From IMG/VR virus record IMGVR_UViG_3300050821_001428, positions 32,001 through 96,000 of that record: a DNA stretch of 64,000 bases. One strand, 5' to 3'. The position numbers and the translations under genes were made by a program. This DNA comes from a virus. The stretch's first letter is position 1, and each line of letters starts with the position of its first letter. This document shows, in pieces, positions 23,390 to 33,559 of this stretch. The notes below the pieces were generated by a model. The model made no database searches. It was not told the DNA's origin and was given only the letters and a program-made list of their open reading frames with translations.

Positions 23390-26300
23390 TTATAAGATTT
23401 CGCATCCTCCATTAGCACTACACGCTAATTCTTGTGAGCCTGTCGTATAATCCTCACTCTCGTACAAGGTTAGCAGGTTCCAATCAATCTTGGATGGCAT
23501 CTCGTTTACTAGTTCAAGGTATGTATCCCGATCAATCTCTTGATAAGGTGCCTGTTGGTAACTACCATTATCAAATGGTAGGAAACTAACACCAGACATC
23601 TTATCAAAGTGGTTATATACAAAGACACCTACCTCGTCCCACTCGTTATCACGTACATATACGGTGATTGATGGCTTATGCTCGCACCAATGCTCCGCAT
23701 AAGCCAACCATAGTTTCAACTGATCTATAGCTGTAATATCATTACGGAGAATAGCACGATCTGGTGACTTGATAGGATATGAAAATACCATAGTCTCATC
23801 TGGCTTCATTACATCGTCTTCAGTTGGGATACCTTGCATGTATAGGAACTGGGAGATAGGATCAATCTTATTACCGCGATTGGTACGAATATAGTATTCG
23901 GAGTAGCGTGGGTGAATGCCCGATGCTGCATCCACTAGCTGTGATACGGTCCCACTGGGTTTACAACAGGTGATTGCGGTTGATTGGTTGATGCCAAGTA
24001 ACCTGGCCCATTTTTCGTTCTCTTCGATCGCGCATTCCTGTAGATAACCCAGACGCTCCGCTAGATCAGGATCATTATGATCTGATAGCAATGGGCAATC
24101 CATGATCCCTGTAATAGATACACCGAGTAAGCGTTCTTCTTCACAGTTCTCGCGCCACTTGTCCGACAAGTAACGGAAATCTGTAAATGTACTCTGAATA
24201 GTTCCGACTATGGTAGCTAATCTAACCTTCTGTTCTAGGGTTTGATTAGTATCGTCATGCCTTGCTACTACTTCGGACAGATTACACATCTGTCTATCTC
24301 TCAAAATGATTTCTGAATTGTGAGCAAAAATACCATTGGCATCAAAGGCATGAACATCCGATACTTCAGCGTCCCACACTTCGCCCACACGTACAAACTC
24401 AAATGACTCCATTGCGGATTCAAAGCGCTTCTCATAAAAGGTCGTAGTAGCCACAATATGCTTTAGCTGAGCCATCTTCTTAAGATGGGAGAACCCCACG
24501 CGCTGGGCATATACCTCGATATCACTTGAAGAAATTACCAACCGCCAACTAGCCTTGGTTGGGTATTCGCGTGATCCCCCCCGACCATCTGGCAATACCG
24601 AGACACCCTTGTCCTTTGCTCGATAAATACGCGATTTGATACCTAGACGCAGTAACATACGCTGTATAGCCTTAAGATCGGTCAGATCAGACTGGCTTAA
24701 GCGAATAGACCATCCCTTAGTTGCATTACCTTCGATATGACCATCAGCATCGAACAGGCCACGCAAGAATCCTTCATGAAAAGCCGAAGAAGTAAGCTCT
24801 ACGTCCTCATTGATATGCTTATTACCCCAATCCATACCAAATTTCTGAGGTAGTCTACCGATAGACATGCGCCTATAGAGTCTGCAATCTCCGCAGCCAT
24901 TCCAATCCGAACGATGCGGTAATTCATCACCAGCTATACGAGCCGTCTCCGCGATACCCACGCTGCCTTGATCGTTGTGCCAGGTCTTCACCTCGCCTCT
25001 AGCCCCGGTGCGAGGGTTTATGAAATTACCATCGCCTAAGAATAGCCCCAATAGATACCCTTCATTCCATGTACCATCCCCTCTCCATGAGAGCATCCCA
25101 TGATTCTGAATAAGCACAAGGTCGTCCGATGTTAGATGCTGTGCTTCCACCCAACCACGATTAGAGGTCTTGATGCGATGTTCTGGTGTAAGTTCAAGTT
25201 CGTAACCAGCCTTCAGAGTAAGGCGATAGATTTCTCCTTCACCGCTAACCCATGACCCATGCGGGGCATCGTATTCTCTGCCGGTGACCAGCGCCTTGAA
25301 TGGAATATCTAGCAAAGAATCGATACGACGAGGACCATCTATAGTCATGATAATAGTATCTGGAGCAAGACAGCATGGATTAGTCCCGAAGGCATAATTG
25401 GCATCGCGCCTAAAATTGCGACGTGCTTGTTCTTGCATACCTGTACGATTTATGATACCACGTTCGCCGGATTGAGAATCCCGCAACGATTGCCATTCCC
25501 GAGCGAATATATCAAGAGCCGGGCGACCATCCCATACCGCACTATTATTAGCTAGACGATATTCCGGATGGTCTATCCACCATTCTCCCTGCTTAGCATC
25601 GCGCATATCTAGATCATCCGGATCAGATAGCGAGATGAGAGCAGCACGACGGACACCGCCTACTACTACGATATCACCAATCTTGCACATGATACCGTGA
25701 CATTCAAGAGAAGTTAATTTGCGCCCTTGAGCGTCCTTGAAGATGCTAACAACGTATTGAAATAAATCCGTTAGTGGTTCTGGACCCGATGCGCTACCTC
25801 CGAATGTTTTAAGCCTAGAACCCGCAGGACGAACGAGGGATACATCCCAGGTAGGTATGCCTCCCTTATATAACTCACTGATCAATTGACGTAGGGCTGT
25901 GGCCCAACCAATCTTAGAATCCTCTACGACGATAGTCAAATTAGAATTCTGTAGGTAAGGAATTTCTGGCAATCGGTTTGTGTAACCTCTCTCAACCGAG
26001 AATCCCACCCCGGTACCGCAGCACAGGATATATAGGGCTTCATCAAAGGCTTCAATGCGATTAATAGCCAGGTAGGAACAATTATACCCAGCGACATTAT
26101 CTCTTTCAAGGGCTGGTCCCGCCGTTGTCATAGCCCGCATAGAGGGCATGATCTCTAAACCCAAAATTTTCCCTGTAATGCTTTCGCTAACGTCCTCCCA
26201 AAGACTTGGATCAATCCCTAATTCACTTATCTTACGTGTAAGCTGATTTACATAACGATCTACAGTTTCGTTCCAATGCTCTCTACGTTCTAAATCATAG

Positions 26301-26404
26301 TCCCAGCGAGCATACTTGGTCTTATGGATTTGCTGCTGATATAAGGTCGGTAAAACATGCTGATCTACATCATTTTTCTCTAAATCTATACTACTTACTT
26401 CCAT
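23390..26404 (-). CDS. nrdJ: Class II (B12-dependent) ribonucleotide reductase with intein
   Basis: MPSMR, GYNCSY, GGVRRAA, TNPC/SEI, KPSGTVS and C-terminal ELACSANGGCEI. Confidence 0.92.
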   Translation of the reverse strand: MEVSSIDLEKNDVDQHVLPTLYQQQIHKTKYARWDYDLERREHWNETVDRYVNQLTRKISELGIDPSLWEDVSESITGKILGLEIMPSMRAMTTAGPALERDNVAGYNCSYLAINRIEAFDEALYILCCGTGVGFSVERGYTNRLPEIPYLQNSNLTIVVEDSKIGWATALRQLISELYKGGIPTWDVSLVRPAGSRLKTFGGSASGPEPLTDLFQYVVSIFKDAQGRKLTSLECHGIMCKIGDIVVVGGVRRAALISLSDPDDLDMRDAKQGEWWIDHPEYRLANNSAVWDGRPALDIFAREWQSLRDSQSGERGIINRTGMQEQARRNFRRDANYAFGTNPCCLAPDTIIMTIDGPRRIDSLLDIPFKALVTGREYDAPHGSWVSGEGEIYRLTLKAGYELELTPEHRIKTSNRGWVEAQHLTSDDLVLIQNHGMLSWRGDGTWNEGYLLGLFLGDGNFINPRTGARGEVKTWHNDQGSVGIAETARIAGDELPHRSDWNGCGDCRLYRRMSIGRLPQKFGMDWGNKHINEDVELTSSAFHEGFLRGLFDADGHIEGNATKGWSIRLSQSDLTDLKAIQRMLLRLGIKSRIYRAKDKGVSVLPDGRGGSREYPTKASWRLVISSSDIEVYAQRVGFSHLKKMAQLKHIVATTTFYEKRFESAMESFEFVRVGEVWDAEVSDVHAFDANGIFAHNSEIILRDRQMCNLSEVVARHDDTNQTLEQKVRLATIVGTIQSTFTDFRYLSDKWRENCEEERLLGVSITGIMDCPLLSDHNDPDLAERLGYLQECAIEENEKWARLLGINQSTAITCCKPSGTVSQLVDAASGIHPRYSEYYIRTNRGNKIDPISQFLYMQGIPTEDDVMKPDETMVFSYPIKSPDRAILRNDITAIDQLKLWLAYAEHWCEHKPSITVYVRDNEWDEVGVFVYNHFDKMSGVSFLPFDNGSYQQAPYQEIDRDTYLELVNEMPSKIDWNLLTLYESEDYTTGSQELACSANGGCEIL
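24317..25372 (-). mobile_element. Intein in NrdJ (352 aa) with LAGLIDADG endonuclease
   Basis: CLAPDT...LTPEH...LLGLFLGDG...LRGLFDADG...FAHN followed by S. Confidence 0.92.
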
Positions 26405-26580
26405 CTTTATCCTTTACTTCGATCGGGTTTTTCTTTCTTAGTGATGATTATCTTCGAGAAAAATTCGGTCGATAAACGTTACTGTCAAAGTCTTTTGGGT
26501 ATGTCCAAAGTGTATCAAGCTAAAGGGATAAATTCAGCTTGACAAGATCAAAATAATGTGCTATTCGCGCGCGTACGCGA

Positions 26581-26716
26581 TATAGTTTTATTATTATTTA
26601 GTTTTTAGTTTTTTAGTTTTATTATTATTTAGTTTTTAAGTTTATAGTTTTATAAATAATTTAACTTCTTACTTAAGTAAGAAGTTTATTAAATAACCCT
26701 ACGGGTTATTTATTAT
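26581..26716. repeat. AT-rich repeat and palindrome tract at the strand switch (candidate origin)
   Basis: TAGTTTTATTATTATTTAGTTTT twice; palindrome AACTTCTTACTTAAGTAAGAAGTT; hairpin AAATAACCC-TAC-GGGTTATTT. Confidence 0.5.
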
Positions 26717-26778
26717 ATCACAGAAAATTAAAGGAGGGGGGTGTGGGGGGACCAATTTTCTGTGCTACAATTTCTAGA

Positions 26779-27096
26779 ATGATTCGTACTGCCCAACATT
26801 GCATCTCTGGGGAGCCTTTCTTCGATCGGTATGCGCCTTCGGAATCAACTCCGGGACAGTTCTACACGGTGCGAATCAACTTCGTTGGAGATCCATCCGA
26901 TCAATGGACATGTACTTGTCCCTCATTTGCTTATCGAGGTAACTGCAAGCACATCAAGATGATGGCGGGCTTTAACATTTGTCACTGGCACGAACTTGTG
27001 CATCAAGAGACACAGACAGAGCAACAGAAGATAGATCATATCTGCCCGGGATGTGGTAACATGACCGTAGACGAATTGGAAGATGATGGCACCTAG
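26779..27096 (+). CDS. SWIM zinc-finger protein
   Basis: WTCTCPSFAYRGNCKHI; ATG 26779 lies 7 nt after TGtGcTACAAT. Confidence 0.7.
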   Translation: MIRTAQHCISGEPFFDRYAPSESTPGQFYTVRINFVGDPSDQWTCTCPSFAYRGNCKHIKMMAGFNICHWHELVHQETQTEQQKIDHICPGCGNMTVDELEDDGT

Positions 27097-27751
27097 ACAA
27101 CCAAACCTAACAAAAATTACTAACGCATTCGAACGTGCATATAATAGTGCGGAGAAGGCTAGTCAGCGCAAAGTGGTAGCGCAAGCTAAGTTCTTCTCGG
27201 CTATCGATCAGGTACTTGAGGGCAAAGTACGCAAACAACAGTTGGTAGACTTGGAGGACTCAGGATATGACGGGGACGATCCTGTCTCCTTTATCAGTCG
27301 ACAGTATCCTGGTTGGCGTCTAGTCAGCGTTAATGATGATGGTCTTCAGGCTGTTATCGAAGAAGATCCTAAGTTTATGAAGTTCTCCTTCGTAAATAAG
27401 GAGAATTCCAGAGTTTATCAGCGGACTAATACTCAGGCCGGTAGCTCATTAGATAATGAACGACTGCGTGAAGAGAATCCAGAGCTTTGGGATCAAGTCA
27501 CTACATGGCCAGAGCCATGGTATACCTTGATATATGAATTTGCTATAGCTACGGCAGCGACGACCCAAGAAGAATTGGAAGCCGAACTAGATAAGTACCT
27601 AAAGGCACAAGGTATGCAGCGCATTCTTAAAAGCCCCGAAGAATGGTCAGACGATGAATTCAAAGCTATCTCTAAATATATTATCCCGGGTTCTATTTCT
27701 ACCCGTATAATCAAGCCACGGGACGCTACTGATAAGGACATTGCTCTATGA
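27083..27751 (+). CDS. Hypothetical protein
   Basis: 222-aa ORF in operon. Confidence 0.6.
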   Translation: MMAPRQPNLTKITNAFERAYNSAEKASQRKVVAQAKFFSAIDQVLEGKVRKQQLVDLEDSGYDGDDPVSFISRQYPGWRLVSVNDDGLQAVIEEDPKFMKFSFVNKENSRVYQRTNTQAGSSLDNERLREENPELWDQVTTWPEPWYTLIYEFAIATAATTQEELEAELDKYLKAQGMQRILKSPEEWSDDEFKAISKYIIPGSISTRIIKPRDATDKDIAL

Positions 27752-28380
27752 AACTATTTAAGATAGCTATCTTGGGAGCACCCGGAGCGGGTAAGACCAA
27801 GGTTGCTCGGAAGGTAGTACAGCTTCTACAGGACCCGGAACCTAAATGGATAGTTGTTGACGGATATGTCAATCAAATGATAAAGCAGACTGGTATTCAG
27901 TTCGGGGCTAAGTCTAACTTCCCACAGAATCTATCGGTGATTACCACAAGATGGACCAAGGAAGCCGAAGCTTATAATAAGGGATTAAGTTCAATCACCT
28001 GCGGTAGTATTTATGAATCTATATTATACTCAACATTTGCCACCATGTTTCGCTCGCCAGATGAACAACAGATTGTACGCGATCAACTGTTCAATAACGT
28101 TATGATGCAGGCTCTTGGCGCGATCGAGGGAACGACGTATGATTATGATGCTATGTTCTTCATCCCGCTAAATCCTAAGGTCGCAAAAAATGCTGAAGGT
28201 ACTTGGGATAAGGTCATAGATGCTAAACTACCTGAAGTGCTTGAAGCCTTCCAGAAGAAGGTTATATTACTTGATGAGAAGACAGACACCGCCAAAGCCG
28301 AAAGTATTGTAGAGGTTATAGGAAAATTCCATGAGTTTTACACCAGTCTCATTACCACGAATGACGAACAAACAGTATGA
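27748..28380 (+). CDS. P-loop nucleotide kinase-like ATPase
   Basis: IAILGAPGAGKT and YDAMFFIP. Confidence 0.65.
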   Translation: MKLFKIAILGAPGAGKTKVARKVVQLLQDPEPKWIVVDGYVNQMIKQTGIQFGAKSNFPQNLSVITTRWTKEAEAYNKGLSSITCGSIYESILYSTFATMFRSPDEQQIVRDQLFNNVMMQALGAIEGTTYDYDAMFFIPLNPKVAKNAEGTWDKVIDAKLPEVLEAFQKKVILLDEKTDTAKAESIVEVIGKFHEFYTSLITTNDEQTV

Positions 28381-29176
28381 ATACGTTGAAGATCAGGCAG
28401 CACGCCGTAATATCTCATTCAATGTATGTCCTACGTGTGCATCAAAGCGGACGGAGATCGTTATTGATGGCAAGCACACCGAAGAATATGATTGGCCAGA
28501 AGACGCTACCTTTAAGCTAAATGGTGTTGAGTGGGCTTGCCACTGCAACGATCAGATTAACCTACTACGCCATTATATATTAGCCGATATTCCTAATGGA
28601 TATTGGCGTCTAGGTGAGAAGGAATATTGGGGCGATCCTAATGCGCTAGCGAAGGTAAAGGATTACCTAGATAACTGGGATCAATATAAATTGAACGGTT
28701 TTGGTATCGAGCTATACTCACCTCGGATGGGTGTGGGCAAAACAATGCTTGCGAGTATGCTAGCTAAGTGGCTCGTACAGAAGGGTGAGCGAGTCATGTT
28801 TGTACCTTTCAAGGACATTCTTGGCTTATATAAGTTACATGAGGACGAACGCTACGCAATCCTAGATCGTCTACGTAGCACTCCGGTATTGATTTTGGAT
28901 GAAGTTAGGGCTGGAATTAGCGATGCTCAGCACGCTTACATGGCGGGTGAGCTTGAGGATCTGCTACGCTTCCGTACAAGCGGAAGTGCTGTAACTATTG
29001 TTACAACAAATCTAACCCCCGAACAGCTTGACGAAGAGTATCCACGATGCTTCTCTCTGCTATCAGCTAAACAGTTGCCTATTGAGGTTGACGGCGACGA
29101 TGCCCGTAAGAATGGTAATAAAATGTTGGTAGATATCGAATTGATTAAGATGGGCGAAATTCGCCCAATAAATTAG
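28331..29176 (+). CDS. DnaC/IstB-like helicase loader
   Basis: GVGKT, VLILDEV, TIVTTNL; N-terminal Cys motifs. Confidence 0.85.
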   Translation: MSFTPVSLPRMTNKQYEYVEDQAARRNISFNVCPTCASKRTEIVIDGKHTEEYDWPEDATFKLNGVEWACHCNDQINLLRHYILADIPNGYWRLGEKEYWGDPNALAKVKDYLDNWDQYKLNGFGIELYSPRMGVGKTMLASMLAKWLVQKGERVMFVPFKDILGLYKLHEDERYAILDRLRSTPVLILDEVRAGISDAQHAYMAGELEDLLRFRTSGSAVTIVTTNLTPEQLDEEYPRCFSLLSAKQLPIEVDGDDARKNGNKMLVDIELIKMGEIRPIN

Positions 29177-29183
29177 GACTATA

Positions 29184-30434
29184 ATGAACACGACTGAGAT
29201 ATTTGCGCTGGACCTTGAGGAAGAGTTACTGGCGCATTTAGGTTCACCCGATAGTTGGATGGTGATTAATGGCGAAGGCGTAACATCTGAACTAATTAAT
29301 GATCCTATAGTGGCAGAAGTATTTGAATGGCAGAAGAATCATATTCGTGAGCACAAGCAGCCCGCAACTATTCCCGTACTTGAACATCAATTTCCCGACC
29401 TACGGATTGAAGAACCCCAGACGGCGATCGGTGACCTTCTAGATCGTTTGCGCGAGCAATATTCTAAGAATCAACAGCGTAGGAAAATTACTAAAATTGT
29501 AGAATTACAAAAGAGTAATCCTCTTGCCGTACCCGATTACCTTGTGCGTTCGGGTCGAGAGCTTAAGACAGTGCTACAGAAACGCGGCGAGGTTTTTGGC
29601 ACCGGAGATATTGATCGTGCGCTTCATGCTTATGAAGCGCAGGTATTACGTGGTCCTGGTGCTTCGCTAGGTTGGAAAGAATTGAATGGATTTTTCTATG
29701 GTATGCGTGGGTTAAACGCTGTCATCGGAGCACCTAAGACTGGAAAGTCATGGGTGCTTGTGCAAATTCTAGTAGATAATATTCTTGAGGGTCACGTCAC
29801 GCACTTGCATTCGTTAGAATTGCCAGCGGTTGAAACCGATATGCGTGTGCGTTGCGCAGCAGCAGATGTACCTTTCTGGAGGTATATTCGCAACTGTCTA
29901 TCTCCTGAGGATAAGGAGAAATTACGCACAACTAGTGAATTTCTAGATGATACGGGCTTATATCGTATCATTAAGCCACCCGCAGGGAAACGGGGTATTG
30001 ATGAGATTGTCAATAGCTCGCGGGATAATGGGGCAGACGTAATCCTCATCGATCAGCTACAATATGTAGAGTCGGAAGACGGAGTAAACCTCGGATCACA
30101 CAATGCCACCGGTATGTATTGGAAGGTACTAAATAAGGCGCGGGATTACACCGACGAGGGACCAATCCTATACGCACACCAATTCAACAGAGCAGCCATG
30201 AATTCCGATACCATGCCATCAATGGAGATGGCAAAGGGTTCGTCTTCTATCGAAGAGACTGCTACACTAGCATTAGGCATATGGGCCAACAGAGATATGC
30301 GCCGTTTAGGCCAACTAGAGATTGGCGTATTATGTGCGCGTAACCATGAACACGCATCATGGGAGATTCAGGTCGAACGCAAATACGGGTGTAGCTTGAA
30401 TATTACTAGGCGAACTGACTTAGATGAAGAATGA
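29184..30434 (+). CDS. DnaB-like replicative helicase
   Basis: GAPKTGKS, SLEL, ILIDQLQ, HQFNR, SSSIEE. Confidence 0.85.
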   Translation: MNTTEIFALDLEEELLAHLGSPDSWMVINGEGVTSELINDPIVAEVFEWQKNHIREHKQPATIPVLEHQFPDLRIEEPQTAIGDLLDRLREQYSKNQQRRKITKIVELQKSNPLAVPDYLVRSGRELKTVLQKRGEVFGTGDIDRALHAYEAQVLRGPGASLGWKELNGFFYGMRGLNAVIGAPKTGKSWVLVQILVDNILEGHVTHLHSLELPAVETDMRVRCAAADVPFWRYIRNCLSPEDKEKLRTTSEFLDDTGLYRIIKPPAGKRGIDEIVNSSRDNGADVILIDQLQYVESEDGVNLGSHNATGMYWKVLNKARDYTDEGPILYAHQFNRAAMNSDTMPSMEMAKGSSSIEETATLALGIWANRDMRRLGQLEIGVLCARNHEHASWEIQVERKYGCSLNITRRTDLDEE

Positions 30435-30630
30435 CGGTCGTAGATTAAATGTACCACCGTGGGTATCGGACCCCGATCTAGTCGCGCCCTGCTTATGCGG
30501 TGAGGAATTTGACCCAGACAGCTATTATATTATCGTTCAAGATCCATATACGAACCTCAAACGTTGGTTTCATCTAACATGCTTACAAGACATGCAAGGC
30601 TTTTTCTTTGACATCGAAAATGAAGATTAG
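30424..30630 (+). CDS. Small hypothetical Zn-binding protein
   Basis: CxC...HxxC; overlaps both neighbours. Confidence 0.5.
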   Translation: MKNDGRRLNVPPWVSDPDLVAPCLCGEEFDPDSYYIIVQDPYTNLKRWFHLTCLQDMQGFFFDIENED

Positions 30631-31711
30631 ATACTATGAATTCGTAGATGATATTGATCTTGATGCTCTATACGAAGCAATCGGATTTGATCCCCTAGTA
30701 AATATAAAGGACAATGACATTGGGCATTGTCTATTTCCAGACAATCATTCCCATGGCGATACAACTGGTAAATTTGCTATTCATCGCGGCAAGAAGATTT
30801 ATAATTGCTATAAGTGTGGTGGAGGGTCGCTACTATCCTTGATAGTAGAATTATATGGGTGGACCGTGGAGGAAGCTACCCGTTATTTACGTACATTTGC
30901 CATCGGTGATACTCGGAGCGATTCTGAATTTGCAGATCATTTGATGAAGATGTTGGGATATCAGGGAGAGAAACCATATCCTATTCCATACTTCAACGAA
31001 CGTGTACTTGATAAATTTGACGGGCCAGTCGACTACTTTAGGCGCAGAGGTATCTCTAATGAAGTAATCAATGACTGTCGCCTATGTTATTCAACGGAGG
31101 TAGTTAGAACAGCACCGATTAGGATGCGTGATAATGAATCCGTGAAAATCGATACGGACTATGTAGGTCCGGCTGCAATTTTCCCACATTTTTGGAAGGG
31201 CCGTCTTGTCGGATGGCAATCACGATGGATTGATTATCCAGATCCTAATCAACACCGACATACAGATGACACATTTCCCAAGTGGCTACCTAAGTATACG
31301 AATACTAGCTCATTTCCAAAGCATAATTCAATATATAATTATGACTGGTGCTTAACACAGAGCGATAAGATAGTAATCTGTGAGTCGGTGCCAACGGTAC
31401 TATTTTTGCGATCTAATGGTATACCTGCTATAGCATATTTTGGCGATGCACCAAGTCAAGAACAGTTAAAGATGTGTCGTCGTTTTACCCAAGGTGTAAT
31501 CTTAGCTCCCGACAACGACAGTAATGGTGATAAACTACTTATTAGTGCTACTAACGCGCTTCAAGACTTTATTGATGTGTGGCACGTACCCAAGGTTGGT
31601 GCGTCCCATGATGATCTAGGGACATATGCAGACTATGAAGATGGCCCACAACTTGTAAAGGAGCATTTAGACCTAGCTGAATTATCATATCTAATACCTA
31701 GCTATTACTAA
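30608..31711 (+). CDS. DNA primase
   Basis: CHC2 Zn finger (CLFPDNH...CYKC), PKYTN, TOPRIM ICES...APDND. Confidence 0.88.
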   Translation: MTSKMKIRYYEFVDDIDLDALYEAIGFDPLVNIKDNDIGHCLFPDNHSHGDTTGKFAIHRGKKIYNCYKCGGGSLLSLIVELYGWTVEEATRYLRTFAIGDTRSDSEFADHLMKMLGYQGEKPYPIPYFNERVLDKFDGPVDYFRRRGISNEVINDCRLCYSTEVVRTAPIRMRDNESVKIDTDYVGPAAIFPHFWKGRLVGWQSRWIDYPDPNQHRHTDDTFPKWLPKYTNTSSFPKHNSIYNYDWCLTQSDKIVICESVPTVLFLRSNGIPAIAYFGDAPSQEQLKMCRRFTQGVILAPDNDSNGDKLLISATNALQDFIDVWHVPKVGASHDDLGTYADYEDGPQLVKEHLDLAELSYLIPSYY

Positions 31712-31738
31712 CAAACCGTAAGATAATAGTTAGACTTC

Positions 31739-31861
31739 ATGTTCACCAAGACCGCTGATATTCCAACTTCCTCTGCAAAGATTGTCCCTCATGATGATCC
31801 CCAGGTTAAGAAGATCAAGGAAGATTTATCCTCGGGCAAGAAAATCAAGAAGTCACTGTAA
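31739..31861 (+). CDS. Possible 40-aa basic peptide
   Basis: MFTKTADIPTSSAKIVPHDDPQVKKIKEDLSSGKKIKKSL; codon style resembles the SSB gene. Confidence 0.3.
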   Translation: MFTKTADIPTSSAKIVPHDDPQVKKIKEDLSSGKKIKKSL

Positions 31862-31926
31862 CTAAATAGCATACCTGTGCTATAGTTTATTCATCGACTC
31901 TATATGAGTCACTATTAAAGGATAAT

Positions 31927-33006
31927 ATGCCTAATTTCAATAAGGACGCCGCTAATCGCGGTAATGAAGTAGTCGAGCGTGGTACCGGAGGCGGTAATTT
32001 CCGTCCATTCCTGTCAAAGATTTACTGGAAGGAAGCGGATGATAGTCGTTTCATCCTGATTCTCAATCCACTTGAGGAAATTGTACGTTTGAAGTTTCAC
32101 CCTTTCGTAGAAACCGACGAGGGTGGTCGTGATATTATTGCCCGTACCGATCCTGGTATTGGTGAGCGCGTAGATCCGATTGAGGATAGTTGGGGTTATA
32201 CCCCCCGTGTCACCGATCTTATGATCGCCGTTGAGCTTGAGCCTATTTACGAGACTAAGATCGTCAATAAGCGCGAGCGTCAGTCGGTTACTGGATTTGG
32301 TGTAGTAACGAGGACTATCGAACGTCGTATTCGTGACGAAGCCGGTGAGCTTACTGATGATAAGGAAGAGGTTGAGATTCCGATTGTAGGATATATCACT
32401 CAGTCACCCTTCAACTTTGGTAATCTACTCAATGCTTATGAGAATAACGAGAACCCAATCCACTTGACTCCTTTCAAGGTGACTCAGGTTGGTGCTGGGT
32501 CTGGGAAGACATATAGCTTTGACGGCTATCCGGATGCTACATTCGATTTGACTAATCTATTCGAATACATTGAGAATATCTCATATGTTAGCGATCCAGA
32601 TGAGTTGATTGATCTTATTGATGGTCTAGAGCAGGAGGATGCCGGTGTAGTTATCGGTCAGTACCTGCTTGATCTGAAGATTAATGAGCTTGCAGATCCG
32701 GAATATTATGACGAGATTTTCAAGGCTATCACTAAGCCTTCTCGTTTTCAAAAGGAAACTAAGTCAGATAGTAAATCTGCCAGACCTAAGCGTTCTTCAC
32801 AGCGTGCTACTCCTGTAGCTAAGACTGTTGTGTCGGATGATGAGGGAGATGTAGATGACGCACCGGATATAGATGACACTCCAAGTGTTTCTAATAAACC
32901 CGTAGCACGCTCTCGTAAGCCAGGGGAGTCTAAGAGCAGTCCTTCCTCTGCGCGTACAAAGCTTGAAGAACTCAAGGCTCTTCAAGCTATCAAGGCCGCT
33001 GCATAA
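31927..33006 (+). CDS. Putative single-stranded DNA-binding protein
   Basis: Position in the replication module, own promoter and SD, disordered acidic/basic tail. Confidence 0.55.
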   Translation: MPNFNKDAANRGNEVVERGTGGGNFRPFLSKIYWKEADDSRFILILNPLEEIVRLKFHPFVETDEGGRDIIARTDPGIGERVDPIEDSWGYTPRVTDLMIAVELEPIYETKIVNKRERQSVTGFGVVTRTIERRIRDEAGELTDDKEEVEIPIVGYITQSPFNFGNLLNAYENNENPIHLTPFKVTQVGAGSGKTYSFDGYPDATFDLTNLFEYIENISYVSDPDELIDLIDGLEQEDAGVVIGQYLLDLKINELADPEYYDEIFKAITKPSRFQKETKSDSKSARPKRSSQRATPVAKTVVSDDEGDVDDAPDIDDTPSVSNKPVARSRKPGESKSSPSSARTKLEELKALQAIKAAA

Positions 33007-33025
33007 TCGCTCTAGTTGATATCAT

Positions 33026-33063
33026 ACCTATGATCCACCTGTGATGGGTGGATCATAGGTTTT
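33026..33063 (+). terminator. Rho-independent terminator
   Basis: ACCTATGATCCACC / GGTGGATCATAGGT followed by a T run. Confidence 0.8.
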
Positions 33064-33085
33064 ATCAGTCATCATTAGAGGTTAA

Positions 33086-33559
33086 ATGTCGCATAAATCA
33101 ACCGAGCAGCCACAAAATTGGGCGCTTTATACCGATGGTTCAAGCGACTCAAGGGATAAGTCCGGAGGTTGGGCTTGGGTAGCATTCGACGCTTATCAGG
33201 GAGAGATGTCTGATAGTGGCGGAATAATGGGTACTACCAATAATCGTATGGAAATGACAGCCTGGATTGAGGGTTTACAAGAGTTATTCCTCTTATTTGG
33301 CGCATGTCGTGTTATAGTGTACTCTGACAGTGAATATGTCGGGCTAGGCGCGATGGATCGCGGTCGGCACCGTAATAAAAATAACGATTTGTGGAAACAA
33401 TTAGATCAGATCATTGACAACCATCTTTATGTGGAGTTTAACCACGTTAAGGGACATAAAGATGATGTAGTCAATAATATTGTCGATGTCATGGCGGGGA
33501 ACGCAAGGAAACAATACCGAGATGAGCATAAAGCATATGAACCCAGCCCCATTGCATGA
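33086..33559 (+). CDS. rnhA: Ribonuclease HI
   Basis: YTDGS, TTNNRMEM, SDSEYV, HVKGH, N..VD. Confidence 0.92.
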   Translation: MSHKSTEQPQNWALYTDGSSDSRDKSGGWAWVAFDAYQGEMSDSGGIMGTTNNRMEMTAWIEGLQELFLLFGACRVIVYSDSEYVGLGAMDRGRHRNKNNDLWKQLDQIIDNHLYVEFNHVKGHKDDVVNNIVDVMAGNARKQYRDEHKAYEPSPIA

